DNA of 63,415 nt, filler included, from Stramenopiles sp. TOSAG23-6 (Eukaryota), in NCBI GenBank assembly GCA_900128565.1. It is 11 parts of 11 records of this genome, joined end to end, with 100 filler letters (N's around TTAATTAATTAA, not from the genome) between each part and the next. Parts side by side here need not be neighbours in the genome. Positions count along the whole stretch, not along the records: positions 43,798 to 54,565 come from LT636292.1; positions 54,666 to 56,042 come from LT639147.1; positions 56,143 to 57,518 come from LT639148.1; positions 57,619 to 58,993 come from LT639149.1; positions 59,094 to 60,468 come from LT639150.1; positions 60,569 to 61,943 come from LT639151.1; positions 62,044 to 63,415 come from LT639152.1; 4 more parts are not named here. One strand, given 5' to 3'. Below, in pieces: positions 49,701-62,352 of the stretch. Below the pieces are notes generated by a model. The model had not been told where the DNA came from. It was given only the letters and a program-made list of their open reading frames with translations, and did no database searches. Numbering within the stretch: the first letter of the stretch is position 1; each line of letters begins with the position of its first letter. Position numbers and translations under genes: made by a program.

Positions 49701-52700
49701 AGCACCACTTGACGAGGTCGCGCCATACCCAGTAGCAAGCGAAACAGATCCCCCAGTAGCACCCGTACTCTCTCCAGCATTTACTGTAATACGACCACCA
49801 ACAGAAGAATCACCGCTACCAACTATAAGGCTTATGCTACCCCCAGCTCCTAAATTAGCCGACCCGGTTCGAAAAATGAGAGCACCACTGCTACCCAACG
49901 ACGTAGTACCAGTTTTAAAGGAGATTGCTCCACTCACACCACTTGCTCCTGCATTGGTTGTTTTAATATTGAACGCACCACTCGAAGACGCTCGACCTAA
50001 ACCTGAAACTACCGAAATGCCACCTCCTGTTGCGTCAATACTTTCACCAGATGTCATTGTAATTCGGCCACCAGAGGTAAGTTTGCCAGCGCCCACCATA
50101 ACAATGATACTACCTGCAGCACCACCGTTGGCCGAGCCTGTTCTAATTACAATTGCCCCACTGCCCCCAGCTGAAGTTGTACCAGTAGTAAAAGAAACCG
50201 CACCACTAACACCATTGTCTCCTGCATTAGATGTTCGAATACTAAAGGCACCTGATGACGTAGTTTGACCAGACCCAGTACTAACTGAAAGAGACCCTCC
50301 AGTCAATTGTGTGCTTTCACCTGCAATCATTACAACTCGACCACCAGCGGCGGATGATCCACTTCCAACAACTATACTTACCCCCCCGCCAGCTCCTAAT
50401 GTTGCAGATCCAGTTCTCATAACTAACGCACCACTAGCCCCTGCACTCGTAGTTCCTGATGAGATTGAAAGCTTACCACTAACCCCGACATCTCCCGCAT
50501 TTGCAGATTTAATACTAAAAGCCCCACTCGAGGTGGCTGTGCCCAATCCCGTGACCATTGAAACAGAACCACCTGTTGCTGACGAACTAGCACCAGCAGC
50601 AATTTCAATTGCCCCACCAACACCTTGTCGCCCAGTACCAACCTGAATGTATATATTACCACCTGCGCCGCCCCAAGCTTCACCAGTACCCAAAGCAACC
50701 ATACCGGTATTACCAGAGCTAGCTGTTCCAGATAAAAATTGTAAAGCGCCACTTACACCAAGGGTGCCAGCATTAGCAGTTTTGACAAGAACTTGACCAC
50801 TTGAAGTAGCTATGCCATTTCCAGACATTAACGAAACAGCCCCACCTGTATAACCATATCCATCACCACCACTAAGGGTTACCGAACCACCACCACCAGT
50901 AATTTGATTAGTCCCGCTTCCTCCAGAGACGCGAACTTCGCCTCCTTTACTTATTGCAGCAGCTGTATTTCCACCTGACATACTTAACATACCACCTTTG
51001 CCAGTGTCAGAACTTCCAATTGTTACCGAAATAGCTCCACTGGCACCACCTGTAGCCTCACCAGTCGTCATATTAATCACCCCAGTGGCCCCGGAAGATG
51101 AAGTCCCAGTTGAGAGCTGAACACTGCCACTTGACCCAGCAGCACCAGCATTTAAACTTGCGATTGTAACCGCCCCTGATGAAGTCATATAACCTGCTCC
51201 GCCTTGAAGAACCAAACGACCACCTATCATTCCACGACCTGCAGTGATATTCACAGACCCGCCTTCAGCATCAAGACTTTCACTTGACCCACCTACGACA
51301 TTTACCCAGCCTCCCGACGCATCTGAACTATTTCCAGCTACCATAGAAATATCCCCACCAATGTCAGAATTGGAATTGCCAACCAGAAGGCGCACACTAC
51401 CTCCTGCGCCATACGATGTTGCACCAGTTTCAAAGAGAATTGTCCCGCTGTCTCCTAATTGAGATTCCCCAGTTGTAAAAGCTAGATTCCCACTCGATCC
51501 CTGGTGCCCTGCCTTTGCAGTACCAATAAAAATATCTCCACTTGAAATACTTTCCCCCATACTAGATTCTAACGTGACAGTGCCACCAGATGCTCCGTCT
51601 CCACCACTGATTAAAACATCTCCGCCTTTTTTGTAGGAAGTAGTACTGCCTCCCTTGATCATGATAGATCCACCAATATCAGTATCACTGTTGCCAGCAC
51701 TGATTTTAACAGCACCAGCAATGTGACTATCACCCATACCCACAAGTAGGTTAATGTCTCCACCTGANCCTGATGTTGCATTACCTGTACTTATCGCAAT
51801 GGCTCCTGAACTACTATCATCATTGCTTGTTCCCGTTATTAGGGATATGATTCCACTCTTCCCTTCAAGACCAGAATTCATCGTGCGAACTTCAATTGAC
51901 CCACTAGAAGTTTCAACACCCCTACCACTCTTGATACTGATAGATCCACCAGTTGACAATGCGCTCCCACCGGTACCAATTTCGATATCCCCGGCAGAAA
52001 AATCTGAAGACCCACTTCGAATCAAGATATTACCAGATAATGTCGCTGATTCCCCTGAAGTAATATGAAGTTCACCAGAATTATTACGAGTAGATGTACC
52101 CGTGGCTACCCTTATTGTCCCAGTATATCCTTGGGATGTTGCATTCGCTGTACTCATAAATATCGACCCACTTACACCACCAATTAGAGACCCCCCGGAA
52201 CGAATAGCAACAGATCCACCGTCACCAGATCTTCCGTGAGCGTCCCCGCCAAGCAATTCAAGGGACCCGCCTCTTGTATCTTTTGCATTCATCCCCATAC
52301 CTGCATGTAAACGAATGCTTCCACCAACACCGTTAAACAAAGAAGTTTTCCCAGCATGAATATCAATTGCCCCACCTTCTTCTGTTTTACCCTCACCTAT
52401 TGACAGAGCAATTGACCCCCCTGCACCAAACGTAGAAGCACCAGTTGCAATATTGATAATACCCGAATTTCCGTTTGGTGAATCTCCAGTATGAACAGTG
52501 ATATCGGATGACACACCTTCATCGCCACCATCAGCTGATAACAAATAAAGAGCACCACTTGAATGAGATTTACTGCTGCCACTTGAGACAATAACATCCC
52601 CACCAGAAGCCTCTTCATTACTATTAACTGCATCACCTCCATAAATACTGATATTTCCACCATTACCAGTACCACTATTTCCACCCAAAACTTCTATAAA

Positions 52701-54565
52701 ACCACCATCACCACTAGCGGAGTTACCACCTTGAAATTGGACTTGGCCACTTGATCCATTTGTTGAGTTACCTGTACCTAGAAATATCGAACCAGTATCA
52801 CCCATAGGACCGTCAGCTGAAGAAACCATTACATCTCCTGAAATGCTATCCATATCAGTAGCCCCACTTTGAATAATAACACCTCCAGCTATCCCAGAAT
52901 TCTCTTTATGCTTTGATCCACCAACAAGTATGATATCCCCACCATGGGTTCGCCCAGCACCTGCGCCAAGGGAAATTTCGCCACCTTTTCCATTATTGGC
53001 ATTCCCAGACGAAATATTTATGTTCCCAGATGACTTGGTCGCTGATCCAGTTTTCAATGACAAATTTCCAGATTTCTGTGTCGAATTTGCTGTATTAATT
53101 TGAATGCCGCCGCTTATGCGCGGTTGCATCTGAGTATTTGTTGAATCAGTGCCAGTACTACCACTTGATATCTTCACAACCCCACCAGTATTTTCTGACT
53201 CACCAGGAGAGATAAATATCGATCCAGATACTCCATTTTGTGTGTCTCCACTCAAAAGTTTGATATCTCCGCTTTTCCCCTTGGTAACTATGCCAGTTTG
53301 AAGTCGAATGGAGCCGCTTATTCCATTCTGCGATGTAGTAACTGCACCAGATGTCACACTAATATCACCACTGACTTTTCCGTTGCCTGATACAATGACA
53401 ACGCGCCCAGAAGTATCTTTGTGTGACTGGCCAGTTGAAAGAGAAAGGGTGCCCGAATCCTTGTCACTACTTGCAGTACTAACAATAGTTGACCCACTTT
53501 TTCCAAGCTTACTTTTTCCACTTTCAATCAGAATTGACCCCCCAGAATTTGACGGTGTGTCTCCAAGCACAGAGCCAGCAGAAAGTTTGATGTCTCCGCC
53601 ATCCCCTTCATTACTCCCACCAACTTCGAGAGCAATAGATCCGGCAGACCCTTCAGATACTCCTGATACAATAGAAATAAACCCTGAACTAGCCATTGAC
53701 TTTCCACTCCCAATAACAATCTGACCACTGTTACCAGTTGTGGCATTGCCCGATGCAATCGAAACAAACCCCGTATCTCCATCGATTTTCTGGGCACTTT
53801 TAATTGTTACTGTTCCAGTTGTTGATTGGATACTTTTACCCGATTCTATATTTACCGATCCGCCATGACTAGCTGTTCCCTTAGAACTTCCACCCTTAAG
53901 AATTATGCCACCACCATCTACACCGTTTCCACCAGAAAGAAACACGGAGCCACTACTTTCTTCGGAACTTGAACCACTTATTACCTTCACACTACCAGTT
54001 TCAGCAGTTGCATTACCGGATCCAAATATAACACTCCCACTGTGCTCATCTTGATGGAGATATGATGTTATAACAATTTTACCGTTGTTTGTACTGCCGT
54101 TTCCCGACTTCATTAATAAGTTCCCGCCTGCAGACATTTCTAGATTTCCACCGTCATTTGACGAACTTGACCCAACATTGAGTAAAATCCCACCGGATAT
54201 GTCACCACTACCGGAAGAAATAGATATATCTCCCGAGGAACCCATTGCTGCAGTACCTGTAGATAATAACATGTTACCACTGCGTAAATGTTCAGTCAAA
54301 GTATTTGATGTTGATACTTTCACAGATCCGCTCGAATGCGCACCCTTGCCACTCAAAACATTTATATCGCCACCATAGGAATCTGATTGCTCTGAATTGC
54401 CAGCAGAAATTCTGACAGACCCTCCTGGTCCAAAAGTGCTTCCTCCACCAGTAATTGAAACACTGCCAGCACTCTTACCTGTACTTTTTCCAGATGCAAG
54501 GGTCACATTGCCAGAATCTCCAGCCGACGAACCACTTGTAATCAATAAAGATCCACTCGCGCCAT
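43798..54565 (-). CDS. Giant Gly/Ser/Thr-rich repeat protein (>3580 aa, both ends missing)
   Basis: One frame open across the whole contig; ~15-aa units GGxIxIxSG grouped in a 91-aa super-repeat. Confidence 0.85.
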
Positions 54566-54665
54566 NNNNNNNNNNNNNNNNNNNNNNNNNNNNNNNNNNN
54601 NNNNNNNNNTTAATTAATTAANNNNNNNNNNNNNNNNNNNNNNNNNNNNNNNNNNNNNNNNNNNN

Positions 54666-54930
54666 TTATTTCTTCCATAGATGAAAGACGTAGCTGGGAA
54701 ACACGGTCAAGTCGACGCTCTAATTGTTGATGAAGCTTCTCACGTATTGTATCGACTTCAATATCAAGTTTTGCACATGCAGATTCATGCCCCTCGCGGA
54801 TTTGAGTTTGAGAGTTATACACATGATTCTGTTTTTCTAATAATGTAGACTTCCATTCTGATAACTGCTTTATTGAAGCCTGTGCGTCAGCAACGCGGCG
54901 GCGGTATAGGTTTGTGGCTGCGTTAGACAT
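54666..54930 (-). CDS. Coiled-coil protein fragment
   Basis: Open frame to contig end, helical composition. Confidence 0.4.
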
Positions 54931-55341
54931 TTCGGGGTCAGCATCCAAATAAAAACTTATACTCCAAATATACCAACAAGAATATGTTAAATTAATTTAA
55001 TTGCATTTTTAAATCGTTTCCATTGGTCGCATTTTCCAAAGAGAGAAGGAGTACGAGTACGCAAGTTTTAAAAAATAAAATAAATAGTCAAAAATAAAGA
55101 AAAAACCGCGAAAAAGAGCGAAAGAATTTGAAACAGGTTTGTTCAAGCGCAAGGGCAAAAAGGAGAAATTTTTCTTAATGGTAGTATATAGTACTCGTAC
55201 TAGGGTTAGGGTTATTTTGTGATGGTCATTTAATTTTATTGGCCATTCTCTTTCGAACGAAGTCTTTCAAGTTACAACACTGTATTATTATACACGTCGT
55301 AGTAATACTNNNNCCATTGTAAGTGGCTCAATACTGTAATT

Positions 55342-56009
55342 ATGTGGAAACATTCAGTATTATTGCTTTGTTCTGTACTAGTTGTAAATGTCCTAGCGGA
55401 AGATTCTACACTCCCAAATATCAGAAATTTAAAAGTTGTGCGTAATGTGGATGCTACGACAAATGTTGTAAAGGTGCGCACGGAGATAAAATTGAAAGTG
55501 AGCGATTTGACAAAAGATGATACTTATGAGTTTTGTATGACTGCTGTTGAACGTGCTTCATTATCATATTTAGACGTAACAGATTCTGCATTAAATGAAA
55601 TGAAAACTGAACAAGCAGACGGAAATTGTTACTCCATTAGTCTTAGAACAGACATAAATGTTCANNNNNNNNNNNNNNNNNNNNNNNNNNNNNCCATACC
55701 CAATCGAGATTACTCAAGGTGAACCACAATTGGTTCTTCTTGAGATCGATGCGTACTTTAATTCACCATACCCAACAAAAAAAAATGAAAACGACTGTAA
55801 AACTTTTTTCAACTGCAGTAGAGAGTTGGACTCGTCACAGTCCGTCCAAACGAAGCGACAATATCATAAAATATGGGCCATACAAAAATGTCCCAGCGAA
55901 TCCAGAACAGTCTGTTCTTATTCACTTCCAAAATGATGCACCTTTTATTACTTTTACTAATGTAGATAAGGAAATTGAGGTCTCGCACTGGGGTAATGTT
56001 GTAGGGTAG
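55342..56009 (+). CDS. RPN1: Ribophorin I (OST subunit 1), N-terminal part; gap and homopolymer frameshift
   Basis: Signal peptide; PYPIEITQGEPQLV, YFNSPYPT, IKYGPY, KEIEVSHWGNV. Confidence 0.85.
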
Positions 56010-56142
56010 GGAGTATTATTAATATGGGTGCCGTTGTCTCTANNNNNNNNNNNNNNNNNNNNNNNNNNNNNNNNNNNNNNNNNNNNTTAATTAATTAANN
56101 NNNNNNNNNNNNNNNNNNNNNNNNNNNNNNNNNNNNNNNNNN

Positions 56143-57432
56143 CTGTTAAATGTTGTTCATGCTCAATGTTATGTCCAATTGTTAAAGCTGATTCCATTGC
56201 AATACTTCTGCGTTGATTAAGATACTCCAAGGATTCTTTTTGATTTTTATCTGTCATATCTGCAACTAAAACACCGACTGAATCCTTATACATTTGAAAA
56301 TCAGGATGCTCCGTCGAAATTCGTGTTTTCTCCATTGAAATTAACATTGTAACCAAATCTTTTGTTTTGCCTAATGATTTCTGAATAAATGCTTTTGTTA
56401 AATTAATAATTTCGTCTCGTAATGAATCAAAAACAACCATACCAGACACTGAAATAGACTCCGCAATATTATTAAGTTCCGTATAACAATCATCTACACA
56501 TGTATTTTGGAAAAATATTTCAAAAAAATCTAAGTTATTCACAAGTGACATGTCATTAGGAAAACTGACTAAAAATATTTCATTAAGACGTGCTCCACCT
56601 ATCACATCATCTCCAGAAAATGTATTGTGAATTTATATAAAAAAGAAAACAAATATCAGGTACAATTGTTTTTGAAAAAAATTGAAAAAAAATTGAAAAA
56701 AAATTAAAAAAAAATTGAAATTGAAATTGAAAAAAAATTGAAATTCAAGAGTAAGAAAGACACAAAACAATTAGGTACAAGATTTTGTACTAAAAAAAAA
56801 CATACCATCTTCTCCAGTCCCGTATATAATTTCTTGTAACTTTTTGTGATAGACGTATTGTGAAAAAATATTTTTTTTTTGATTTTTTTTGTTAGGTACA
56901 AAATTTCGTATGAAAAAAAAAATAGACAAAAAAATGAAAAAAACATACACACATGCCGTATCGATGACATGTCTCTGTTTCTCATCTTGACTTTCTAGCT
57001 TTGGTATAGAATCCAAGTCCTGTTGTTTCTGGAAGATGAATTTTTTCACTTTTTGTTCAATTTCTGGTAAACATGAAAAAATATGCTTTTTTAATACAGA
57101 ACTCAATTTTGTTACTAAAACTTCTGTACCCCCTCCAGGTTTTGGCAAATTAGAATATATTGTGAAACATTATTTCAAAACAACATTCTTTAGATTTGGA
57201 TTATTTTTTTTGAAAGAAAAATAAATTTTAAAAAAAATAGTTAGGTACAAAATTTTGTATGAAACAAAATAAATCTGAAATTCATGATTAGATTCGAGAG
57301 TAAAGCATACATATTGAGGATGATTTGCAAAATATGCTTTTTCTGATTCCCATTGCTTATTGATAGCTTTATCATTTTTGATATCTTTTTGACTTCGATT
57401 TACCACAGGAATCCAACCCAATTTCAACGGGA
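56143..57432 (-). CDS. Dynamin-related GTPase fragment (end of GTPase domain and middle domain)
   Basis: PLKLGWIPVVNRSQKDI, YFANHPQY|SNL, LKKHIFSCLPEI, IGGARL, ISTEHPDF; several family introns. Confidence 0.8.
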
Positions 57433-57618
57433 ATGTAAAGTAAAAAAAAATGTTTCAAGTCTAAAATTCGTTAGTTACCTACCTATAGGATTTTCTACCA
57501 AAAAAAAAAAAAAAAAAANNNNNNNNNNNNNNNNNNNNNNNNNNNNNNNNNNNNNNNNNNNNTTAATTAATTAANNNNNNNNNNNNNNNNNNNNNNNNNN
57601 NNNNNNNNNNNNNNNNNN

Positions 57619-58369
57619 AACTTTATCCAAAAATGATAATATAGCTAAAACAAATCAATTAAAGGGTTCAAAAAGTAAAAAAAATACAATTTTAAAAAGA
57701 GGCCGGAGTAGATATAAAACTGAACCAATAAGAAATTCTTTTAAAGGAAAAAATCGAATAAAACATGAACAGCTCGTTGATGCTCAAGATGTAAATACTA
57801 ATTTATCAAATGCTTTAACTATTGGGAGTCATAACAGTAACAATAATGTTAATCTTCGTGATACTAATAATGGAGCTACAGTATATCTTGAAAATAAAAC
57901 ATTTGCTTTTGATAATAGAAATATAAAGATTGGTCGGGGAAGAGGTCGAGGAGCTCAATTGAATACGCACAACATAGAAAAAGCAACAGTTAAGCAAAAG
58001 TCACAAAATATAGAAAATATTTCAAAGCTAAACTCAAGAAAAATAACAGAAGAAGAAAAAGAGAAATGTGCAACTCGGCTGCAAGCTATACAAAGAGGTT
58101 ATAATGTCCGAAAGAAGGTTGTCAAGCTGAATGAAGATAAAAATAATGGAAATAACGAGGAACAAGAAGATAGTAATGATTCAAGTTTTACTTTTGAAAA
58201 TGAAACCTTTGAAAATGACTATTCCAATTCACCAAGTATTACCCGTAATAACGATAGTGGTGGTGATAATAATGATAGTAGTACCGACACTGATGGTGAT
58301 AATAAGGATAGTAGTACCGACACTGATGAAGATTTTGAAAGTAGCGACGAAGACTTTGAAAGTGATTAG
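57619..58369 (+). CDS. IQ-motif protein fragment with acidic tail
   Basis: ATRLQAIQRGYNVRKK. Confidence 0.5.
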
Positions 58370-59151
58370 AGTTAATATTTGTTATCGCTATTATTATTCG
58401 TTCCTAAAATAAAGAAACATCTAAAAGAGTGATATACAGATCTGCTACATAATATTTACAAGAACACATGTATTTCCTTTGACAAATTTCCACCGTTGAA
58501 AAGATGACATTGTGAAGAAAAACACGTAAACTGACCGCTAACCACTATTAGGCTATATATATGATCTGTGTAGTATACCGGCAAGGACTCTATCCTGAAT
58601 AAAATAATACATGATGTTTGTTTTTAATAGAATTTTCACTTCGCGGTAGTCAATTCAATCACTATTTTTTATGTTTATCTGCGTCGTCACCCTGTATCAA
58701 CTCTAGTGAAAAAAAATACGAATTCATACATTAGTTGTGGNNNNNNNNNNNNNNNNNNNNNNNNNNNNNNNNNNNCCACTTGACTGCAACTGGTAATAAA
58801 ATATTATTCTTAACTACCTTCACCTGATGTTTCAATCTACCTGCTTACATGATCACCATTTTCTTGGCAGAATACGGCAAATCATAAATTACTTGCTGAT
58901 AACATGAAAAGTTTTAAACATACAGTTTTCAGAATATGGACAAAATATAAATCGCCTGAAAATCGTTTGTACTGGCTAATTGTCTTCGATTTTNNNNNNN
59001 NNNNNNNNNNNNNNNNNNNNNNNNNNNNNNNNNNNNNTTAATTAATTAANNNNNNNNNNNNNNNNNNNNNNNNNNNNNNNNNNNNNNNNNNNNTTAGGTA
59101 CAAAATTTCGTACGAAAAAATATTTCGAATTTGAAAAAAAATAAAACACGC

Positions 59152-59440
59152 ATTGTATTTGATCATAAAATGGCGGCGGTATTTTAATCCTATTCATTCT
59201 ATGTTTAACCTCAATGACAATTTGTTGCAATGTAAACTGTTCATCATCAATGTTTTGATCATTATCATTATTTTCCTTTGGATTTTTCTGTATTTGTTCA
59301 TTATCATTATTTTCCTTTGGATTTTTCTGTATTTGTTCATTATCACTATTTTCCTTTGGATTTTTCTGTATTTGTTCATTATCACTATGAAATTGAATCT
59401 GTATCTGATTTCGTACCAAACGAATGTACGTGCGTGTCAT
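59152..59440 (-). CDS. Uncharacterized protein fragment with 39-nt repeats (DNEQIQKNPKEN x3)
   Basis: Open frame ending at a GC-donor element at 59151. Confidence 0.4.
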
Positions 59441-61114
59441 CTAGATAATTGAAAGTCTCTTTTTTTTGCCTCTTTGAAGCATTCAGATGTAGTATAGGTT
59501 CTTCACTTGAACAACTGGTCATCAAAGATATCCCTGCAGTGAGGGATTCCTCAATATCATGCTTTCTTTTAGTATTCGACCTTACGGGGGCTTTACTCGA
59601 ATTATTCTTTTTGCATTTCACGGGAAATGCAAGTGTATAATACTCATCATTACTCCCATATACTTCACACCCATATCGATTCTCATATTCAAATTAAGAC
59701 TTCCATTTCGCACCGCAGGTAACATTATTTCGTTGCCTCTATCACTAAGTCACTAATTTATGCGTATAAGAAATACTGCAAATCGCGTGATCACTTAGAT
59801 ATTTTTGTGTAAGTGTGTTCTTTTTTTAAGTAACGTACACAGGAAAGAAAACTAAAAACCCTAACCCTAACTTAATCCTAAACCAGCGNNNNNNNNNNNN
59901 NNNNNNNNNNNNNNNNNNNNNNNNNNNNNNNNNNNNNNNNNNNNNNNNNNNNNNNNNNNNNNNNNNNNNNNNNNNNNNNNNNNNNNNNNNNNNNNNNNNN
60001 NNNNNNNNNNNNNNNNNNNNNNNNNNNNNNNNNNNNNTTTCTCGATTCTCAGGTTTTGCACGTAGTGCTTTGCACACCCATTCCCGCAACCAGTCATCAG
60101 TGACTGTGGGCCAAATTTGCCGAACAGTTCGTGGGAAAGTTGCTGGGGAAGAAGGTGCAGTAGCCTTAGACAACATCATGCGTGATATTGCTCCTTCAAT
60201 GGAGAAAGTGCCTGGGTATGTTCGAACGACTCGCAAGTACGTGATAAATAAAGCTTTTTCTATGCGTAGTGCTTTGCACACCCATTCCCGCAACCAGTCA
60301 TCAGTGACTGTGGGCCAAATTTGCCGAACAGTTCGTGGGAAAGTTGCTGGGGAAGAAGGTGCAGTAGCCTTAGACAACATCATGCGTGATATTGCTCCTT
60401 CAATGGAGAAAGTGCCTGGGTATGTTCGAACGACTCGCAAGTACGTGATAAATAAAGCTTTTTCTATGNNNNNNNNNNNNNNNNNNNNNNNNNNNNNNNN
60501 NNNNNNNNNNNNTTAATTAATTAANNNNNNNNNNNNNNNNNNNNNNNNNNNNNNNNNNNNNNNNNNNNACAATTGGAGGAAAAAGTTGTTGATATCCACG
60601 GAGATGAGGTATTATCACAGATTCCAAAGGCGGAGCATCTTGATAGCACAGACGCCCATCTGAAGCGTGCAAAAAAGCACCTCAAAGCAGGTCGTCTTAT
60701 ACATGCTGGTGTTGATTTTGCACGTGCTGAAGATCACGATGCTGTTTTAGGACTGGGTAGAGCTTCAATTGAATGGAAAAAGATTAATGATTTACTGGCA
60801 AATAAGGAATATGTCTTGGCTAATGAAGCTATTGAAAAAGTAGAAAAANNNNNNNNNNNNNNNNNNNNNNNNNNNNNNNNNNNNNNNNNNNNNNNNNNNN
60901 NNNNNNNNNNNNNNNNNNNNNNNNNNNNNNNNNNNNNNNNNNNNNNNNNNNNNNNNNNNNNNNNNNNNNNNNNNNNNNNNNNNNNNNNNNNNNNNNNNNN
61001 NNNNNNNNNNNNNNNNNNNNNNNNNNNNNNNNNNNNNNNNNNNNNNNNNNNNNNNNNNNNNNNNNNNNNNNNNNNNNNNNNNNNNNNNNNNNNNNNNNNN
61101 NNNNNNNNNNNNNN

Positions 61115-61890
61115 ACAATTGGAGGAAAAAGTTGTTGATATCCACGGAGATGAGGTATTATCACAGATTCCAAAGGCGGAGCATCTTGATAGCACAGACG
61201 CCCATCTGAAGCGTGCAAAAAAGCACCTCAAAGCAGGTCGTCTTATACATGCTGGTGTTGATTTTGCACGTGCTGAAGATCACGATGCTGTTTTAGGACT
61301 GGGTAGAGCTTCAATTGAATGGAAAAAGATTAATGATTTACTGGCAAATAAGGAATATGTCTTGGCTAATGAAGCTATTGAAAAAGTAGAAAAAAATGAC
61401 GTCAATAATGCTAAAAAGCACTATTCTATTGCATTACGTGCGGATCCTGACGCATCGGTTAAGTCAGAATTTAAGATAGTTCAAACACTAGCAAAACTAA
61501 TTAAAAACACAAACAAGTGGTTAGATAAATCGTATAATCATCGAGCATTGAAATTAATCATTGAAATTGAAGAAATATTGAAAAATCTAAATATTAAAAC
61601 TCATCGAATTAACGCAAAGGTTTCATTGTTAGCATGTCGTGGAGAATCTGCTGTTAAACATCATGAAATAGCAATTACTCGTTGCGAAAATGCTTTGCGT
61701 TATTTCGAAGAAAAAATTCCTGGACTTCATGTTGATCCGTTCCAAATCATTTTAGCTAGAAAAACTCTAGCTAAAGCTCATATGAATGACTTTAATTTTG
61801 ATGAAGCTGTTGTTGAGTTCAGGAAAGCATTAACACTGTTAGAAGAAAATAATGCTAGTAATGAAGAAAAGAATGAAATGAGGCATAGTT
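61115..61890 (+). CDS. TPR protein, DNAJC3/P58IPK-like fragment
   Basis: TPR-like helices (AKKHYSIALRADPD, FDEAVVEFRKAL); first 280 nt duplicated at 60569-60848. Confidence 0.5.
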
Positions 61891-62096
61891 GTATGTTTTA
61901 TATGAATTTCTAATTTAATTTTTTTTTCATACGAAATTTCGTANNNNNNNNNNNNNNNNNNNNNNNNNNNNNNNNNNNNNNNNNNNNTTAATTAATTAAN
62001 NNNNNNNNNNNNNNNNNNNNNNNNNNNNNNNNNNNNNNNNNNNTTGTACCTAACAAAAATTAATTTTTTTTTTTGAAATATTTTTCCAAAATACAT

Positions 62097-62246
62097 GTGT
62101 GTCTCAGACGATATGAAAAGGAATTATGGTCACCTTTGGCGTATAAAACTTTGATTCGCCGATTAGGATTAACCCTGACACCACCACAAGAACGTGTTTT
62201 TGCTGCTGTATATAATTGGAGAGATGAAATTGCTCGTCGTGAAGAT
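62097..62246 (+). CDS. EXOSC10: Exosome component 10 (Rrp6) exon at the start of the HRDC domain
   Basis: VCLRRYEK...QERVFAAVYNWRDEIARRED. Confidence 0.7.
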
Positions 62247-62352
62247 GTATGTTTTATTTTTTTTTCAACAAAAAAATCGAATTTATTTTTCATACGAAAT
62301 TTTGTACCTAACGATTTTTTTTTTTTTTTTTAAATATTTTTCCATAAAACAT

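Noticed and set aside
44045-54621. Many plus-strand Pro/Leu/Val-rich ORFs
   Set aside because: Antisense shadows of the giant repeat gene.
55770-55790. Frameshift in ribophorin I
   Set aside because: Lies in an A homopolymer of a low-quality gapped contig; sequencing error is more likely than programmed frameshifting.
56500-56535. Half element fused directly to a dynamin exon
   Set aside because: Part of the middle domain appears missing; probable assembly collapse.
60059-60468. Exact 204-bp tandem duplication
   Set aside because: Identical copies next to gaps; probable scaffolding artefact.
60569-61394. 280-bp exact duplicate either side of an N gap
   Set aside because: Gap-overlap artefact.
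10901-62043. Recurring TTAATTAATTAA flanked by Ns
   Set aside because: Artificial contig-joining spacer; neighbourhoods across it are meaningless.
33279-62333. ORFs sharing peptides such as MKYFSKIH, YEILYLT and RNFVPN
   Set aside because: Translations of the intron element, not a protein domain.
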